NCBI GenBank assembly: GCA_017936745.1 | Contig: JAGBEY010000012.1 | Coordinates: 32,420-96,419, forward strand | Reading direction: 5' to 3' | Length of the DNA: 64,000 nt | From: Clostridia bacterium | GTDB lineage: Bacteria > Bacillota > Clostridia > UMGS1840 | Shown here: positions 29,991 to 38,792 of the stretch, one piece after another | Layout: the number at the start of each line of letters is the position of its first letter | Numbering within the stretch: the first letter of the stretch is position 1 | Translations under genes and position numbers: made by a program | Notes under the pieces: generated by a model | Databases searched by the model: none | Seen by the model: only the letters and a program-made list of their open reading frames with translations | What the model was told of the DNA's origin: nothing

Positions 29991-31472
29991 ATGTTTATCG
30001 ACATCAAAAACAGACGCGAAGTTTTCTGGGATGATTCTATGATTATTCCCGAACACACCACCGCCGAGTTGAAGCTTCATCACCCTGTAAAGAAAGAATT
30101 TGCACTGGCCTTTGATGCCCCCTGGGAAGCAGCAGGGGTGGCTTATCCTATGACGGTAAAGGACGGAGACATTTACCGGATGTATTACGTTGCCTCCCGC
30201 CCGAAAATCCACGGTGCTGTTGGTACCCGAATTGTTTGTATGATGGAGTCCACCGACTATGTCAATTGGACCCGTCCCAACGTGGGGCTTCACGAATATG
30301 AAGGCAGCACAGACAACAATATTATTTTAGTAAATTCCGATAACGAAGAATACTGCGAACCCTTTGATAACTTCTTCGTATTTATCGACGAAAATCCGGA
30401 CTGTCTGCCGGAGGAGAAATATAAAGCCATTGCTTTGTGCTACGATTATCGAAAACAAAACCGCACCCACTGGCTCAGTCAACGGGAAATGTGGTGCTAC
30501 ACGTCTCCCGACGGTATCCATTTCAAACGAAGCTTTTTGGTGATGGATTCCGATACAGCTGTCCGTGGCGGATTTGACAGTCAGAACGTGGCATGGTGGG
30601 ATAAAGATGATAAAAAATATCACTGTTTTATCCGTGTGTTTATGAAAGACCGTGTCCGTGACATCAAATATATGCACTCCACCGATTTTCACAACTGGTC
30701 GGAGCCGGTGCTCTTAAATTATGGCGAAAGCGAAGAATATCAGCTTTATACCAACGAAATTATGAAATATCCCAGAGCACCGCATATGTTTATCGGATTC
30801 CCCATGCGATACGTAGAACGGACCTCCTTAGGCAAAAACTTTGAGCAAATGGGGGGCGAAGAAGGTGCACGCCTCCGCTGGGAGCGTGCTGAAACCAAAG
30901 AACTCAGAATGGGTACCGCTATTACCGACTGTTTGTTTATGTGCTCCCGTGACGGCTTACACTGGAAACGTTATGATGAAATGTTTTTAGAGCGGGAGGA
31001 AGAACATCCCTATAACTGGTCCTATGGCGATTATTCCACTCCCATTTATCCCTTTATTGAAACCAAGCTCCCCTCCCCCTGGGAGGGAAGCGAGTTTTCC
31101 TTCTTTGTGCAGGAATTTGCCGGCCCCGGCTTACCGCCTACGCTGTACCGTCATGCTATCCGCTTAGACGGCTTTGCTTCCTATCACGCAGATTACGAAG
31201 TGAAAAAAGTAACCACCAAATCTATCCTGTTTACAGGAAATGAACTGTACTTGAATTTTTCCACCTCCGCACTTGGCTGGATTTATGTGGATGTGCTGGA
31301 TGCCAATAACAAGCCCTTAGAGGGTTGGCACAGCTGCGAATTATTTGGCAACACCACCGACAGAACCGTATACTTTGGGGATTCCAAAGACGTTTCCTCC
31401 CTTCAGGGCAAGGTAATCCGTCTGCAGTTCACCATGCGTCAGGCTGATATCTACTCATATAAATTTGAATAA
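29991..31472 (+). CDS. putative cytoplasmic glycoside hydrolase-like protein (paralog B)
   Basis: 493 aa. It is a tandem duplicate of 28462-29943. The last 107 aa differ at only 2 positions. Confidence 0.45.
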   Translation: MFIDIKNRREVFWDDSMIIPEHTTAELKLHHPVKKEFALAFDAPWEAAGVAYPMTVKDGDIYRMYYVASRPKIHGAVGTRIVCMMESTDYVNWTRPNVGLHEYEGSTDNNIILVNSDNEEYCEPFDNFFVFIDENPDCLPEEKYKAIALCYDYRKQNRTHWLSQREMWCYTSPDGIHFKRSFLVMDSDTAVRGGFDSQNVAWWDKDDKKYHCFIRVFMKDRVRDIKYMHSTDFHNWSEPVLLNYGESEEYQLYTNEIMKYPRAPHMFIGFPMRYVERTSLGKNFEQMGGEEGARLRWERAETKELRMGTAITDCLFMCSRDGLHWKRYDEMFLEREEEHPYNWSYGDYSTPIYPFIETKLPSPWEGSEFSFFVQEFAGPGLPPTLYRHAIRLDGFASYHADYEVKKVTTKSILFTGNELYLNFSTSALGWIYVDVLDANNKPLEGWHSCELFGNTTDRTVYFGDSKDVSSLQGKVIRLQFTMRQADIYSYKFE

Positions 31473-31484
31473 AGGAGAAAAACC

Positions 31485-33191
31485 ATGCTTCACCTCATTC
31501 CAACTCCAAAAAAACTGATTGAATTACCAATCGCATTACAGAAAAAAAATCTCACTCTGATGAGCGAGCTTTCCGATTCCCGTTTACAGGCTGCAGCAGA
31601 AAAACTGCCTCTGTCCGATGGCGGGATCCCCCTATACATTACCTATGGTGAAACAAAAAGCGAAGCGTACACACTCACCTTAACCAATGAAAAAGCTGAA
31701 ATCATCGGAGAAAGTGCACAAGGTGCTTTTTACGGCATCCAGACTCTCCGCCAGATTTTCACCAACAGTAATATCACCGAGCTTTCCATCTTCGATGCCC
31801 CCGATATGGGCTACCGAGGCTTCTATCACGATGTAACCCGCGGCAAGGTGCCGAAAGTGGAAACCATCAAAATGCTCATCGACCAGATGGCATACTATAA
31901 GCTGAATTCGCTCCAGCTTTATGTGGAGCATACCTTTGATTTTAAGGAGTATGCCGATAGCAAAGAACGCACCGGCTATTTCACTGCTGATGAAATCCGT
32001 GAGCTGGATGACTACTGCTACGATCATTTCATCGACTTTATTCCCTCTCTGTCCTGTTTCGGGCATTTGCAGGAACTTTTGGAAAACCCCAAATATAAAC
32101 ACCTTTGCGTACTGGAAAATCACGAGCCGGAATATATGCACTGGTCGGAACGAATGCTCCATCACACCATTGACCCCACTCTGGACGAAAGCTTTGAGCT
32201 GATGAAAAGCTTAATCGACCAATATCTGCCTCTGTTTCGTTCCAACACCTTTAACATCTGCTATGACGAAACCTTTGATTTGCAGATTGGAAGAAACTGG
32301 AACAACGATGTGGGCAGATTGTATATCGATTTTGTAAAAAAACTGATTACCTATCTCCAGTCCAAAGGCAAAACCGTTATGATGTGGGCAGATATTCTGC
32401 TGCATCACCCCGAAGTCATCAAGGAATTGCCCGACGGTGTGGAATACCTGAACTGGTGGTATGAGCCGGAAATTCACGAAAATGATATTGAGCTGTTTGA
32501 AAAAATGCAAAAACCGCAAATTGTCTGCCCTGCTACCTGGAGCTGGGAAGGCTTTGTGGAATGGGTGGAAAAAGAAGAAGGCAACATTATGAATATGGCA
32601 GATGCCGGCTTCCGCCACGGTGCAAAAGGAATTTTAAACACCAACTGGGGCGATTACACCACACCCTGCTCCATTGATATGTCCCTGTACGGTATGGTAT
32701 TGGGTGGTGCGAAAGGTTGGGCAAAGGACACTGCTCCCACCGACAGCTTTAAAGCAGACATCAACCATCTGCTCTACGAAAACGATAAGGGCTACTACTA
32801 TTTGAGAACCTTAAGCGACTGCAATAAAGAGGTTCGTTTCCTGTTCTTTGGAAATGCATACTCCAATGTGTTATGGAAAAAGAAACGTCCCCTCTTTGTA
32901 CCCACCTTTGAAATGGTTGGGCACATTCAGAAAACCTGTAAGCAGGTGATGGAGGAGCTGTCAAATCAGGTATGGAAACAGGATGAATTCCGCAAGCAAA
33001 TGCTCATTGCCGCAGAGGGTATCATTCTCATTGCGGAAATTATGGGTAAGATAGCAGGTCATCCCGTAGAACGAATGACCGATACCAAAAAATGGCTGGA
33101 GATTTATTCCGAAGATTGGCTAAAGAAAAACAAACGAAGCGAGCTGACCGAAGTGCAGGAGATGTACCTCACCTTAGACAAAAGCTGTTAA
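31485..33191 (+). CDS. GH20-family beta-N-acetylhexosaminidase-like protein
   Basis: 568 aa. The GH20 catalytic-domain pattern is YRGFYHDVTRG...LIDQMAYYKLNSLQLYVEHTF, and the DE pair lies in ICYDETF. Confidence 0.7.
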   Translation: MLHLIPTPKKLIELPIALQKKNLTLMSELSDSRLQAAAEKLPLSDGGIPLYITYGETKSEAYTLTLTNEKAEIIGESAQGAFYGIQTLRQIFTNSNITELSIFDAPDMGYRGFYHDVTRGKVPKVETIKMLIDQMAYYKLNSLQLYVEHTFDFKEYADSKERTGYFTADEIRELDDYCYDHFIDFIPSLSCFGHLQELLENPKYKHLCVLENHEPEYMHWSERMLHHTIDPTLDESFELMKSLIDQYLPLFRSNTFNICYDETFDLQIGRNWNNDVGRLYIDFVKKLITYLQSKGKTVMMWADILLHHPEVIKELPDGVEYLNWWYEPEIHENDIELFEKMQKPQIVCPATWSWEGFVEWVEKEEGNIMNMADAGFRHGAKGILNTNWGDYTTPCSIDMSLYGMVLGGAKGWAKDTAPTDSFKADINHLLYENDKGYYYLRTLSDCNKEVRFLFFGNAYSNVLWKKKRPLFVPTFEMVGHIQKTCKQVMEELSNQVWKQDEFRKQMLIAAEGIILIAEIMGKIAGHPVERMTDTKKWLEIYSEDWLKKNKRSELTEVQEMYLTLDKSC

Positions 33192-33200
33192 ACTTATATA

Positions 33201-33254
33201 AAAATTGCAAAAGCACTTGCCCGTTTGGGCAAGTGCTTTTGCAATTCAAAAAAA
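33201..33254. terminator. bidirectional terminator (GH20 gene / degV)
   Basis: 18-bp stem TTGCAAAAGCACTTGCCC/GGGCAAGTGCTTTTGCAA with flanking A and T runs. Confidence 0.8.
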
Positions 33255-33285
33255 AGAAGTGTCAAAGCTACACGAGTCTTTTATG

Positions 33286-34125
33286 TTATTTTTTATAGAA
33301 AGCAATCGCAACAATGCCGGGACCTGCGTGAGTTCCGATTACGCTTCCCATAAGAACCGACCGGGAGGGAGCTGTTCCGCCCTGCCAGAAGTCTTTACTG
33401 TCCTCAAGAAATTGTTTTATGCCTTGATCAGTTTGTCCGCTATGACCAAACAGGACAGGCTTGGTAAAATCAACCTCTCCCACCTTTTCAATTTCCCGAA
33501 TCAAGGTCTGATTTCCCATTTTTGCACCCCTTGCTTTGGCAATCTGATGAATCTCACCATTATACACCTCTACAATGGGTTTAATATTCAAAAGCTCTCC
33601 GGCAAAGGCAACCACGCCGGAAATTCTGCCTCCCATTTTCAGATATTTTAAGGTATCAACCATGGCAATAATATGCACATTTTTCTTATCCCTATCCAGG
33701 ATTTCTTTCATTTCTTTTGCCGATTTTCCCTCTTTCAAAAGACGAATTGCATATTCGGCAATCACGCCAAATCCAACGGCAACATTTTCACAATCCACAA
33801 CATAGATATTATCAAACTCTTTTGCAGCAATCATAGCACTCTGACAAGTGCCGGACAGCTTGGAAGCAATGGTCATAACCAGGGCTTCGTCTCCTGCATC
33901 CTTTACTTCCTGAAAGACTTGTGCAAATCTGTCAGGAGTAATCTGGCTGGTGGTAGGAAGGGTGTCTACCTGCTCCAGCTTCCGGTAAAATTCTTCATTT
34001 GTGATGGTTACTCCGTCAATATATTCTTCGTCTCCAAAACGAACCGTCATCGGAAGCACCGTTACCATATCATAAAATTCCGGGCTCATATTTACAGTGG
34101 AATCTACAATAATTCTTGTATTCAT
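33286..34125 (-). CDS. DegV-family fatty-acid-binding protein
   Basis: 279 aa. The N-terminus IIVDSTVNM is typical of DegV, and the sequence pattern is DegV-like throughout. Confidence 0.88.
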   Translation of the reverse strand: MNTRIIVDSTVNMSPEFYDMVTVLPMTVRFGDEEYIDGVTITNEEFYRKLEQVDTLPTTSQITPDRFAQVFQEVKDAGDEALVMTIASKLSGTCQSAMIAAKEFDNIYVVDCENVAVGFGVIAEYAIRLLKEGKSAKEMKEILDRDKKNVHIIAMVDTLKYLKMGGRISGVVAFAGELLNIKPIVEVYNGEIHQIAKARGAKMGNQTLIREIEKVGEVDFTKPVLFGHSGQTDQGIKQFLEDSKDFWQGGTAPSRSVLMGSVIGTHAGPGIVAIAFYKK

Positions 34126-34150
34126 ACTATTCTCCTATATGTTATATCGG

Positions 34151-34612
34151 TTACGATAAACCGTTTTTATTGATTTGGTTCAAATTGTCTGCAATCACCT
34201 GCAAAGCAAGATAAAAATGGTCTCGCTGCTCCTCGGTAAGACCGCTTCCACCCTGCTCTACCGCAAGCTGAATCCGTTTCCTCAAAGCAACGGAAATTTC
34301 CTTTCCCTTTTCGGTCAGCTTAATTCGGGCACGATAACCATTTCCCGTTACACTTTCCCGTATTACAATCCCTTTGTTTTCCATGGTTGACACAGCACGG
34401 GATACTTCCGCCTTGTCCTTATTGCAAATCTCGCATAAATTGGCAGAAGTCAAACCGTCATGATGCTTGGAAAGTGCAACCAGATATACTGCATAATTTC
34501 CCTTTAATCCAAAAGCCTTCAATTCCTGTACGGCAAGCTTATTCCACGCGGAATTCACCCGGGAAAGCCCTAACGCAAAGGCTTCAAATCGTTTTACCAT
34601 GCTTAGCATCAC
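34151..34612 (-). CDS. MarR-family transcriptional regulator
   Basis: 153 aa. The winged-helix core reads LTSANLCEICNKDKAEVSRAVSTMENKGIVIRE. Confidence 0.85.
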   Translation of the reverse strand: MMLSMVKRFEAFALGLSRVNSAWNKLAVQELKAFGLKGNYAVYLVALSKHHDGLTSANLCEICNKDKAEVSRAVSTMENKGIVIRESVTGNGYRARIKLTEKGKEISVALRKRIQLAVEQGGSGLTEEQRDHFYLALQVIADNLNQINKNGLS

Positions 34613-34618
34613 CTTATA

Positions 34619-34690
34619 AAAAATAGACTTGTTGTTGAAGCAACAAGTCTATTTTACCACGAAGATGTTGATTTGTCAACATCTTCGTCA
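34619..34690 (-). terminator. two consecutive hairpins; the distal one is a terminator
   Basis: The hairpins are ACGAAGATGTTGA/TCAACATCTTCGT and AATAGACTTGTTG/CAACAAGTCTATT. On the minus strand the second is followed by a T-run. Confidence 0.65.
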
Positions 34691-34705
34691 ATATTTTCCA
34701 AATTC

Positions 34706-35140
34706 TCATAAAAATTTACGGATATCCATTGCCAGACCTTCCTCTAAATCAATGAGTCTTTTTGTGATGCTTTTGGAGTCCTCGTCAGCCGCCTGATACT
34801 GATTGAGATACATATGAAGCGATTTCACTCCCATATTACAGCCGTCTGTCATCAAATCGGCAACCGTCTGGTCGGAGGCATTCATCAGAAGCTTAACATT
34901 GGTTTTCATCCAGGACATTCCTTTTGCAATTGCCGCAGGTTCTTTTCCGTCATCATGGTATTTGTCCAGAAGCTTTTCCAGGTCACGTTCCAGATGTTCG
35001 TGATCTTTCTTGCAGTCGCTTAAAAGCTGTTTTAATTCCTTACTCTGTGTAATAGGAATCACATCTGCCAAGGAAGAAACTCCCATTTTCACTCCGGCAT
35101 CACATTCCCGGAGCAGTTTTATGGTATCTTGTTCTACCAT
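34706..35140 (-). CDS. hypothetical helical protein
   Basis: The ORF is open to a TTG at 35176, but the ATG at 35140 follows an AAAGGA RBS. The sequence is helix-rich with no recognised motif. Confidence 0.5.
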   Translation of the reverse strand: MVEQDTIKLLRECDAGVKMGVSSLADVIPITQSKELKQLLSDCKKDHEHLERDLEKLLDKYHDDGKEPAAIAKGMSWMKTNVKLLMNASDQTVADLMTDGCNMGVKSLHMYLNQYQAADEDSKSITKRLIDLEEGLAMDIRKFL

Positions 35141-35312
35141 ATTATCACATCCTTTTTCTATTAGTATGCCGGACAAAAAACAAAATATACATCATTTTAT
35201 AAAATAAAAACCGTCAAAATCTTCTGACTTTAACGGTTTTTAAAGAATGAGTCGAATGATTTAGGTATCACATTAAATCAAACATATTTCCTGAATTTCA
35301 GAATTGCTTTAA

Positions 35313-35675
35313 ACATATCACCGTCTAAAACAATTTCAAATTTACCATTGCAGATTTCAGTATGCTGATACAGTTTGTATTCCAAAATTTGATTTTGACG
35401 ATAGTTTTGATTTCATTTCAACTATAACGCAAGCTATCAATGAAAACATCGAAAAAATAGTCAATGGTCATATAAGACCTTGTGAAGAAAATGATTACGA
35501 CGATGATTATGACGAGGATTTAAAATGTTGGGATATTGAGGATGAGTATGAAGCTGAAGCAGATGAAGCATATTTAAAACATTTTCAAGAACAGGCATTA
35601 AAAAAGCAAGCTGACGAAACTAATGACGATGATGTATTATGCGAAGAAAACTCAGAAAGGGGGTATGAATGGTGA
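35313..35675 (+). pseudogene. start-less, highly acidic ORF (probable 5'-truncated gene)
   Basis: The frame is open from the stop at 35310 to the TGA at 35673-35675 (120 codons) with no in-frame ATG, GTG or TTG. The DYDDDYDEDL...EDEYEAEADE segment is acidic. The 3' end overlaps the next ATG by 7 nt. Confidence 0.45.
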
Positions 35676-36040
35676 TCGACTTAGGAAAAATCAAGCTCAC
35701 GATTTCGCAGGTTTTGGATGCAGAAAAATTCATCCTTTTAGCTCAAACAGAAAAGACTGTTTACGACGACGGCAAGCCAACTGATAAGAAACAGATTGTC
35801 GCAACAGTTACAACTGCGGAAAGCTTATTTGAAAAAGTAGATGTAAAACTTGATGGAGTCGCTCTTCCTATAACAGATGAAGTTCTTAAAGAGCGAATTG
35901 AAAAATTCGACTTTGTCTATGTTTCGTTTGAGGCTGATGAAGTAAGGTTTTATCGAGATTTCACATCAGGACAGAATAAGGTGACCGCAAAAGCAAAATC
36001 TATTCAATTGTACAATGATGCTGAGATAGATTTAGACTAA
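35669..36040 (+). CDS. hypothetical protein (island)
   Basis: 123-aa ORF with RBS AAAGGGGG upstream. No motif was recognised. Confidence 0.45.
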   Translation: MVIDLGKIKLTISQVLDAEKFILLAQTEKTVYDDGKPTDKKQIVATVTTAESLFEKVDVKLDGVALPITDEVLKERIEKFDFVYVSFEADEVRFYRDFTSGQNKVTAKAKSIQLYNDAEIDLD

Positions 36041-36091
36041 AACACAGGTGTAAGGGTTAGGGGTGGGAATTTTTAATGAAAGGAGAAAACT

Positions 36092-36805
36092 ATGGAAAAT
36101 AAAATAAGTATTGCAAAACTATCTTGGTGGTTAAAAATATTCGTTGCAAATATTTTCTGCGAAAAAATCGAAATATTTAGAATTGCTGGACCTCAATATA
36201 TTAAGGTGTTTGCACACGACAATTTTATATCTTTAAATGTACGAAAAGAAGCAACAGCACCTAAGAAAATTTTCAAAAAGGCTCAAGCACATATTTTGGA
36301 AGAATATCTAATAAGTAAAATTCCGCTGATTTATAAATCAATTTCTATTTGCGAAAATAAAGATAGTTACACAATAACCTTGTATTTTGATACTGAAACT
36401 TTAAAAAATTCAACATACTTCTTCAATATCATTTACTTATGCAATGCACTTGAAAAATATCTTTTTTTCGTTTTTAAATATGAATTTTATCATCCATTTA
36501 TGGATGATTGGGATTTGGAGTATTTGCCGAATGATGTATATGGCATTTCACTTCCGCCCCATAATTTTATGCCAAGCATACTAAATGGCAATAAACTTCA
36601 TATGTTTTTTAGAAAAGAAGATTATGAGAATAACTTACCAGATGACGAAGAAAAAGAAACAATTATGCGAGAAAGAGAAAACGAGAATATTCATCAATTG
36701 AAAGAAATTCTTTTCGATGCATTACCAAAGGTTTACTCAACTTTTAAGATAACGCCTTTCAAGACACATTATGAAATCGTTATCACTTTATTAAAAGTAT
36801 GCTGA
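36092..36805 (+). CDS. hypothetical protein (island)
   Basis: 237-aa ORF with RBS AAAGGAG 8 nt upstream. No motif was recognised. Confidence 0.45.
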   Translation: MENKISIAKLSWWLKIFVANIFCEKIEIFRIAGPQYIKVFAHDNFISLNVRKEATAPKKIFKKAQAHILEEYLISKIPLIYKSISICENKDSYTITLYFDTETLKNSTYFFNIIYLCNALEKYLFFVFKYEFYHPFMDDWDLEYLPNDVYGISLPPHNFMPSILNGNKLHMFFRKEDYENNLPDDEEKETIMRERENENIHQLKEILFDALPKVYSTFKITPFKTHYEIVITLLKVC

Positions 36806-36855
36806 AATGAATTTATTTTAAGAATTTGGTTTATGGGACAGGGGTGAGAATTTAT

Positions 36856-37194
36856 ATGATGGGAGAGTTTAAAATGAATGATGAATTAAGAAAAAACTAT
36901 ATGCGAAATGCCATATCATTATCGTGTACACTTGCAGATGAGCAGGAAACTTTAATGATTGAAACACCACAACCGCGAGAGATGATACGTGCTGACGGAT
37001 TTAGTGAGAACAAATTTTCATACATAATAAAAAAGAGAGTTGCAGCACCTTTCAAAACTCTTGAAAACGCCGAGGATTTAGAGGATTATATAAAGAAAAA
37101 TTGGACAGATGCGAAAAATTTTAGAGGTTGTGAGATTAAAGCTTCTGAATTTAACACACATTTTCTAATCACTATAGAAAGGGGGAAAGCGTAA
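36856..37194 (+). CDS. hypothetical protein (island)
   Basis: The ORF track starts at 36826 (TTG). The ATG at 36856 follows a GGGGTGAG RBS. Confidence 0.4.
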   Translation: MMGEFKMNDELRKNYMRNAISLSCTLADEQETLMIETPQPREMIRADGFSENKFSYIIKKRVAAPFKTLENAEDLEDYIKKNWTDAKNFRGCEIKASEFNTHFLITIERGKA

Positions 37195-37439
37195 TGAGTT
37201 ATGGAAAGCGTTATGTTTTAGGCAGATTGTATTGGAATGATGCTCTCAATATGCTTGATGCAGTGCTTGAAAACGGCAATAATCTTTGCGGTCTTGAGCT
37301 TGGAAGAAACTTTGATATTCTTATAAATGGATATTGGGTAAATACTTATCTCGTAGAGCGTGGCGGTATTCTTCTTTTTGCTAATATCGGTGCTGTCGGC
37401 AACTCTTATTTAGGCGCTACTATTCGGGTGTCTATTTAA
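37194..37439 (+). CDS. hypothetical protein (island)
   Basis: 81 aa. The start overlaps the preceding stop (TAATG coupling). Confidence 0.4.
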   Translation: MSYGKRYVLGRLYWNDALNMLDAVLENGNNLCGLELGRNFDILINGYWVNTYLVERGGILLFANIGAVGNSYLGATIRVSI

Positions 37440-37446
37440 GCAGATA

Positions 37447-37520
37447 AAAGGAACGGAGTGGCGGTGTAGCGAGAGCAAGCCGTCGCCCGTTCCCTTTACT
37501 TGTTTTATTTCTTGAATAAA
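37447..37520 (+). promoter_or_regulatory. candidate double-strand origin (hairpin plus nick-like CTTGAATAA) upstream of rep
   Basis: A GGAACGG...CCGTTCC hairpin (37450-37493) is followed by TTTCTTGAATAAA (37508-37520). This resembles the CTTGATA nick core of pC194/phiX174-type origins. Confidence 0.3.
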
Positions 37521-37554
37521 AGCAGATATATAAAGGGGGGGAAAATGGGATTTT

Positions 37555-38469
37555 ATGGATATTAAGAAAGTTGAAAACACCGAAGCACGAATTAACACTA
37601 AGAGCAGAGTTACAGTTAAAAAAACGGGAAATGTGATTGAGATTAAACATTCAAGTGGTTTTACCGGAAGTAATATCGAGCTTATAGATTCAGACCATTA
37701 CATAGTAAAATCTACGGGAGAAATTCGTGAGGTGAGCCACACAGAAAAGCGTATTGAAAATACCGAGAGCATAAAGCAAAGTATGAAGAATTTGCGTGAT
37801 ATCATAAATACTAACTGTGATAATCCTAAAAACTGCCTGTGGCTTACGCTAACCTATAAGGAGAATATGCAAAATCAAGAGCAGTTGTATGCAGACCTTA
37901 AAAAATTCTTTATGCGATTACGCTATCACTTAGATAAAAAGTTTGAGTATATTGCCACCATAGAGCCACAAGCAAGGGGCGCATATCATGCTCATGTAAT
38001 TTTGATATTCGACAAAAAACGACCTTTTATAGCTAATGAGGTTATGGCTACCATCTGGGGACATGGTTTCACAAAAACCACCAAAATTGACAATATAGAT
38101 AACATCGGCTTATATTTAACTGCATATTTAACCGATATTTCCGTAGATGAAGCATCAATCCTTGATATAAAATCAGCAAAGAATATAAAAGATGTTGAAG
38201 TTGTAGAGGGTGGAAAGGAAGTCCCCAAGAAGATAATCAAAGGCGGTAGGCTTAAATACTATCCGAGCGGTTTCCGTTTATATCGATGTAGCAGGGGCAT
38301 TAAAAGACCTACTATATGGAAAACCACAAATCAACAGGCTATGGAATACATAGAGGAAAATGGACTTGATTTGTTTTATGAGAAAACTATCAAGCTGACC
38401 GATGAAAGTAAAAATTTTGAGCGTGTCATCAATTATAAACAATTCAAAAAGCCTATAAATAAAAAATAG
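37555..38469 (+). CDS. HUH-superfamily rolling-circle replication initiator (Rep)
   Basis: 304 aa. Motif 1 is CLWLTLTY, motif 2 (HUH) is YHAHVILIF, and motif 3 is GLYLTAYLTD, with two Tyr in YxxxY spacing. Confidence 0.75.
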   Translation: MDIKKVENTEARINTKSRVTVKKTGNVIEIKHSSGFTGSNIELIDSDHYIVKSTGEIREVSHTEKRIENTESIKQSMKNLRDIINTNCDNPKNCLWLTLTYKENMQNQEQLYADLKKFFMRLRYHLDKKFEYIATIEPQARGAYHAHVILIFDKKRPFIANEVMATIWGHGFTKTTKIDNIDNIGLYLTAYLTDISVDEASILDIKSAKNIKDVEVVEGGKEVPKKIIKGGRLKYYPSGFRLYRCSRGIKRPTIWKTTNQQAMEYIEENGLDLFYEKTIKLTDESKNFERVINYKQFKKPINKK

Positions 38470-38496
38470 CGGTATTCCCTAAAGAATACTGCTATT

Positions 38497-38754
38497 TCAT
38501 CGGGTATTCATACCACCAGAGTAACGCCACATATCATAGTTTTGTCCCATGTACATTGTGTATACTTGCTCAGCATTAGGCTCCCATTCTTTTTCTTGAA
38601 ATATTACATTAAAGAATTGCTCTGTCCCAGTTTCTACTTGTATAACATCGTTTATTCCAGATGTCATATTGAGAGTAAATGCAAGAGCATCTGTCGACAT
38701 ACTAATGATCATTATTAAGCTTAATAGTAGACTTAATATTCTTTTTGATTTCAT
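38497..38754 (-). CDS. small secreted protein
   Basis: The ATG at 38754 follows an AGGAGG RBS. The signal peptide is MKSKRILSLLLSLIMIISMSTDALA. Confidence 0.5.
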   Translation of the reverse strand: MKSKRILSLLLSLIMIISMSTDALAFTLNMTSGINDVIQVETGTEQFFNVIFQEKEWEPNAEQVYTMYMGQNYDMWRYSGGMNTR

Positions 38755-38792
38755 CTTAGATTTTCCTCCTGTTCTCATTATTTTGCTTTACA

